A model generated the notes under the pieces. That model did not search any database. It saw only the letters and a list, made by a program, of their open reading frames with translations, and was not told the origin of the DNA. From Chitinophaga pinensis (GTDB taxonomy: Bacteria; Bacteroidota; Bacteroidia; Chitinophagales; Chitinophagaceae): a stretch of DNA of 64,000 bases. A program made the position numbers and the translations under genes. Below, in pieces: positions 60,020-64,000 of this stretch; the stretch's first letter is position 1, and each line of letters begins with the position of its first letter. The stretch lies in the NCBI GenBank assembly GCA_945860605.1, contig CAMAQL010000001.1, positions 3,236 through 67,235 of the forward strand. Reading direction: 5' to 3'.

Positions 60020-60823
60020 ATGTCATACGCAGGTAAGAATTTAAAATTCATCAGAAAGCAACGTGATTGGACTCAAGAGGAGTTAGCCAACCAACTTCAA
60101 ATTAAGCGATCTCTAGTGGGCGCTTATGAGGAAGGCAGGGCAGAACCAAGGTTAGAAGTACAGGAAGCCATTTGCGCCTTGTTTAATATTAGTTTAGAAG
60201 TATTCTTATTCCAAGATCTTTCTCAGATGGAGGAGTTTGACTTGAACCAGGGCTATAATATGGGAGGTTCTTATTTAGAGCGCCGTCGTTCACTTAAAAC
60301 AGATACTTCAATTAGTGCAGCAATTGTTTCATTTGTACCAGTAAAAGCGGCTGCAGGCTATTTGGCTGGTTATGCTGACCCAGAATTCATTGATGAGCTA
60401 AATACATTCACCTTGCCTATGTTGGCTCCAGGGGAATACCGCGCATTTGAAATTGTTGGAGACAGTATGTTACCAACTCCAAGTGGAAGTGTAATTGTTG
60501 GTGAGCGTGTTGCCAGTCTAAAAGATGTGAAAAGTAGCAATACCTATATCGTTATTTCGAATACAGACGGCGTGGTGTACAAGCGCATCATAACCAACGA
60601 CGATCGTTCAGTAAATTCAATTGGAGAGAAGCTTACTTTGTTGAGTGACAATCCTTTATACGAGCCATATCAAGTAAATAGTAAAGATATAGTAGAGGTT
60701 TGGAAGGCGGTCTATATCATACATAAAGCAGGGGCACAACCTATGTGGAATGTAGATCAACTAGCTGGTGTGGTGAATACATTACAGGATCAAATTACCT
60801 CTATTCAGAAGAAATTGAACTAA
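60020..60823 (+). CDS. XRE-HTH plus S24 peptidase repressor (CI-like / non-canonical LexA)
   Basis: N-terminal HTH (TQEELA...YEEGRAEP); Ala-Gly site (KAAAGY); catalytic Ser (GDSM) and Lys (VVYKR). Confidence 0.9.
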   Translation: MSYAGKNLKFIRKQRDWTQEELANQLQIKRSLVGAYEEGRAEPRLEVQEAICALFNISLEVFLFQDLSQMEEFDLNQGYNMGGSYLERRRSLKTDTSISAAIVSFVPVKAAAGYLAGYADPEFIDELNTFTLPMLAPGEYRAFEIVGDSMLPTPSGSVIVGERVASLKDVKSSNTYIVISNTDGVVYKRIITNDDRSVNSIGEKLTLLSDNPLYEPYQVNSKDIVEVWKAVYIIHKAGAQPMWNVDQLAGVVNTLQDQITSIQKKLN

Positions 60824-60855
60824 AGGCTAGCTAAAAGCTTATCGTTTAGGCTTAA

Positions 60856-62391
60856 TTACTCCCACTCAATCGTTGCAGGAGGCTTACTACTAATGTCGTA
60901 GACAACCCTGTTGATGCCTCTTACTTGGTTGATGATGGAGTTGCTCATATGCGCCAAGAATTCATAAGGTAGGTGTGCCCAGTCTGCCGTCATTCCGTCC
61001 ACAGAAGTTACTGCTCTGAGTGCTACAGTAAACTCGTAGGTACGTTCATCACCCATCACTCCTACACTTTTTACAGGTAAAAGGATGGTACCTGCTTGCC
61101 AAACCTTATCATATAAGCCAAATTCTTTTAGTCCATTAATATATATCTCGTCTGCTCTTTGCAGCAGATCTACTTTTTCAGGTGTAATCTCACCTAATAT
61201 ACGGATAGCCAAACCTGGTCCTGGGAAAGGATGTCTTTGAATCATATCGGCAGGGATGCCTAATTCAAGGCCCACTTTTCGAACCTCATCCTTGAATAAA
61301 CTACGAAGAGGCTCCACTAATTTAAGGTGCAGGGTGTCAGGTAAACCGCCTACATTATGGTGTGACTTAATGGTTTGAGATGGTCCATGAACGCTTACGC
61401 TTTCAATGACGTCTGGATAAATTGTTCCTTGACCTAAAAACTTAGCTTCCAACATATTAGAAGCTTCTACTTGAAATACATCTATAAATAGTTTTCCTAT
61501 GATTTTACGCTTTTCTTCGGGGTCGGATTTACCTGCAAGGCCATCATAGAACATATTTTTTGCATCGATGCCTTTTACATTCAATCCAATTTTACCGTAC
61601 ATGTCTAGCACCTGCTGGAACTCATCCTTTCTTAAAACCCCATTGTCTACAAAAATACCATGAAGGCGATTCCCAATGGCTTTATGAATTAAGGTGGCAG
61701 CAACGGTACTGTCCACACCGCCACTCAATGCCATAATCACATGACCATCTCCAATCTGTTCTTTTAACTGCGCTACCGTTTCATTGACAAAAGAAGCTGG
61801 GGTCCAGTTTTGTTTACATCCACATATTTCTACCAAGAAATTACGAATCATGGTCTTTCCTTCCGATGAATGATAGACTTCTGGGTGAAATTGGAATCCG
61901 TGTAAGCTATGTCCTTGATCTGCTATTTTTCTAAAACCGGCTACAGGGATACTCTCGGTATCGGCCAATAGTTCAAAATTTTCGGGTAAGACAGTAATGG
62001 AGTCACTATGACTCATCCATACCTGGCTATTGTCTGCAATATTTTTGAAAATGATATCGGCCTTTTTGATACGCAATTGGGCACGACCATATTCGCGTTT
62101 GTTGGACTTTTCTACTTTTCCCCCAAAGTTCTTAGCACTCAATTGAGCACCATAACAAATGGTTAAAAGGGGAAGTTTGGCTAAAATAGCTTGAATATCT
62201 ACATTAGGTGCCTCATCTTCGTTCACACTGGCAGGAGAGCCACTTAAAATCACCCCTTTTAAATGTTCATCAAAGACGATTGCGTTATGAAAGGGTTGAA
62301 TTTCACAATACACATTGGCCTCTCTAACTGCTCTTGCAATTAACTGAGTGTATTGGCTACCAAAATCTAGGATTAATATTTTTTCAGTCAT
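60856..62391 (-). CDS. guaA: GMP synthase (glutamine-hydrolysing); start moved to ATG 62391
   Basis: [40 protein letters not shown]. Confidence 0.98.
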   Translation of the reverse strand: MTEKILILDFGSQYTQLIARAVREANVYCEIQPFHNAIVFDEHLKGVILSGSPASVNEDEAPNVDIQAILAKLPLLTICYGAQLSAKNFGGKVEKSNKREYGRAQLRIKKADIIFKNIADNSQVWMSHSDSITVLPENFELLADTESIPVAGFRKIADQGHSLHGFQFHPEVYHSSEGKTMIRNFLVEICGCKQNWTPASFVNETVAQLKEQIGDGHVIMALSGGVDSTVAATLIHKAIGNRLHGIFVDNGVLRKDEFQQVLDMYGKIGLNVKGIDAKNMFYDGLAGKSDPEEKRKIIGKLFIDVFQVEASNMLEAKFLGQGTIYPDVIESVSVHGPSQTIKSHHNVGGLPDTLHLKLVEPLRSLFKDEVRKVGLELGIPADMIQRHPFPGPGLAIRILGEITPEKVDLLQRADEIYINGLKEFGLYDKVWQAGTILLPVKSVGVMGDERTYEFTVALRAVTSVDGMTADWAHLPYEFLAHMSNSIINQVRGINRVVYDISSKPPATIEWE

Positions 62392-62453
62392 AAGGCGAAG
62401 ATACAATGAAAATAGATGTCTATGAAAGGGAGTATTTCACATAGGGTGGGGAC

Positions 62454-62483
62454 AAAAAAATCCCGCCTTTTAGGGCAGGATTT
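62454..62483 (-). terminator. Intrinsic terminator after rpsT
   Basis: Minus strand AAATCCTGCC-CTAAAA-GGCGGGATTTTTTT. Confidence 0.8.
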
Positions 62484-62518
62484 CAATATGAATTCTAGAC
62501 GCTTTCAAGCGTGTTCGA

Positions 62519-62788
62519 TTACTTTTTCTTAACCACTTGCTTTACAGCAACGTGCTTAGCTAGTTTGCTCTTTAAATTAGCAGCTTTGTTTTTGTGGATA
62601 ATGCCACGCTTTGCTAATTTATCAATTTGAGAAACGATTGTAGGTAACTTCTCGTCGTAAGCTTTTTGCTCTTCTATTGTCTTTAAATCACGAATAGCGT
62701 TACGAGTAGTTTTACCATAATAACGGTTTCTATCGCGACGTTTAGTTGCTTGTCTTACATCTTTTTTTGTAGCCGAATGATTTGCCAT
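62519..62788 (-). CDS. rpsT: 30S ribosomal protein S20
   Basis: MANHSATKK ... IIHKNKAANLKSKL; TACCTTTG promoter on the minus strand at 62812-19. Confidence 0.98.
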   Translation of the reverse strand: MANHSATKKDVRQATKRRDRNRYYGKTTRNAIRDLKTIEEQKAYDEKLPTIVSQIDKLAKRGIIHKNKAANLKSKLAKHVAVKQVVKKK

Positions 62789-63084
62789 GTACTAATTAAT
62801 TTTCAGGAGGGCAAAGGTAAGGGACTTGTGCAAATATTAAAAATTAAAATTAAAAAAAATAAAACTTGAGTTTAAATCATTGAAAATCAATTAGTTAAAA
62901 TGAATCTAAAATCACTTTTTAGACCTATTTGCGTATAAATGAAGCAATATCTCCAAAATCGCACAAAATATGGGGGTAGTTGATCAAAATTTTACCGATA
63001 TTTTTAGCGCATTTTACTTTATTAATCAATGATTTAAACCGATATTTGTGAACCTTGTTCGACAAATAAACGAAAGGATATATA

Positions 63085-64000
63085 ATGAAGGATTTCACCT
63101 ACATCACCAATTCCCATCCAGCCTTTATAGAAGGTTTGTACCAACAATTTTTAACTGATCCAGCATCAGTAGACCCAGATATCATTAAGTTTTTTGAAGG
63201 TTTCGATTTTGCCTTACAAAACGGGACAGCAGCACCAGGACAAAGCGCACCCTCCTCTGTATCCAGTCTAAGTTCGGATTGGGCGAATGAAATCAAAGTC
63301 TACCGTTTGATATTGGGTTATAGAAATAAGGGACATTTAATTGCAACGACCAATCCTATTCGTACGCGAAAAGACAGAGGGGCTAATTTAGATTTATCAT
63401 GCTTTGAATTGACAGAGGCAGATTTAGATAAAACATTTCAAGTAGGATCCATTATTGGCTTAGGTGCAACTACCTTAAAAAATATTCTTACACATTTGCA
63501 AAAAACTTATGCGCACAGTTTAGGCATTGAGTTTAAATATATCTCTGATCAAAAAGTAATCGATTGGTTAACCGATGAGTTTGAAAATAAATTTGCTCAG
63601 CCAATTCCTTTAAATCAAAAAAAACACATCCTTGAAAAATTAAACCAAGGGGTGATTTTTGAAAAATTCTTACACACAAAATACATTGGACAAAAGCGTT
63701 TCTCATTGGAAGGCGGTGAGTCTACGATTGCTGCATTGGATGCAATCATTAATACTGCAGCAGAGCATGGTGTAGAAGAAGTGGTGATTGGTATGGCACA
63801 TCGTGGAAGATTGAATGTGCTAGCAAATATCATGGGTAAAACCTACGAAGAAATTTTTAGTGAATTTGAAGGTACTGCAGTGTTGGATCAAACCATGGGT
63901 AGTGGTGATGTGAAATACCATATGGGCTTTTCCTCTGAAGTGAACACTTTCAGTAATAAAAAAGTGAATCTAAAATTAATGCCTAATCCATCGCATTTAG
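63085..64000 (+). CDS. sucA: 2-oxoglutarate dehydrogenase E1 component, 3'-truncated (missed by the ORF track)
   Basis: My translation from ATG 63085: MKDFTYITNSHPAFIE ... YRNKGHL ... GQKRFSLEG ... GMAHRGRLNVL ... GDVKYH. Confidence 0.97.
   Translation, partial: MKDFTYITNSHPAFIEGLYQQFLTDPASVDPDIIKFFEGFDFALQNGTAAPGQSAPSSVSSLSSDWANEIKVYRLILGYRNKGHLIATTNPIRTRKDRGANLDLSCFELTEADLDKTFQVGSIIGLGATTLKNILTHLQKTYAHSLGIEFKYISDQKVIDWLTDEFENKFAQPIPLNQKKHILEKLNQGVIFEKFLHTKYIGQKRFSLEGGESTIAALDAIINTAAEHGVEEVVIGMAHRGRLNVLANIMGKTYEEIFSEFEGTAVLDQTMGSGDVKYHMGFSSEVNTFSNKKVNLKLMPNPSHL

Overview
Housekeeping chromosomal segment from a low-GC Bacteroidota genome; protein sequences and promoter style suggest Chitinophagaceae (Sediminibacterium-like), which is an inference. 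Contents in order: the 3' part of fusA; a complete S10-spc ribosomal protein cluster to secY-map, with the alpha operon absent from its usual place; an HI0933-family flavoprotein; rpsA; bamD-rpoZ-porD; chaperones; RNA-modification genes; trpS/recG; tgt-lptF/G; a eukaryote-type citrate synthase; tRNA-Ala(GGC); a 5-oxoprolinase operon; an NrtR/oxidoreductase/MFS module; Met biosynthesis genes; lpxB-surE; a CI/LexA-like repressor; guaA; rpsT; and the 5' part of sucA. I found no integrase, transposase, prophage, CRISPR array or defence island, so I do not claim a new multi-gene system. The most interesting signals are cis-acting: (1) a ~235-nt multi-helix RNA candidate between rpsJ and rplC; (2) many Bacteroidota -7 promoter motifs only 3-7 nt from the ATG (candidate leaderless mRNAs), including a near-palindromic divergent pair at the glycosyltransferase and tgt genes; (3) tandem CTAA-N5-TTAG operators around the promoter of the S24 repressor; (4) an NrtR-type operator candidate; (5) IHF-consensus-like sites upstream of strong translation-gene promoters; (6) a terminator plus promoter that may uncouple secY from the ribosomal operon. 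All of this was read by eye; no database searches or folding computations were run.
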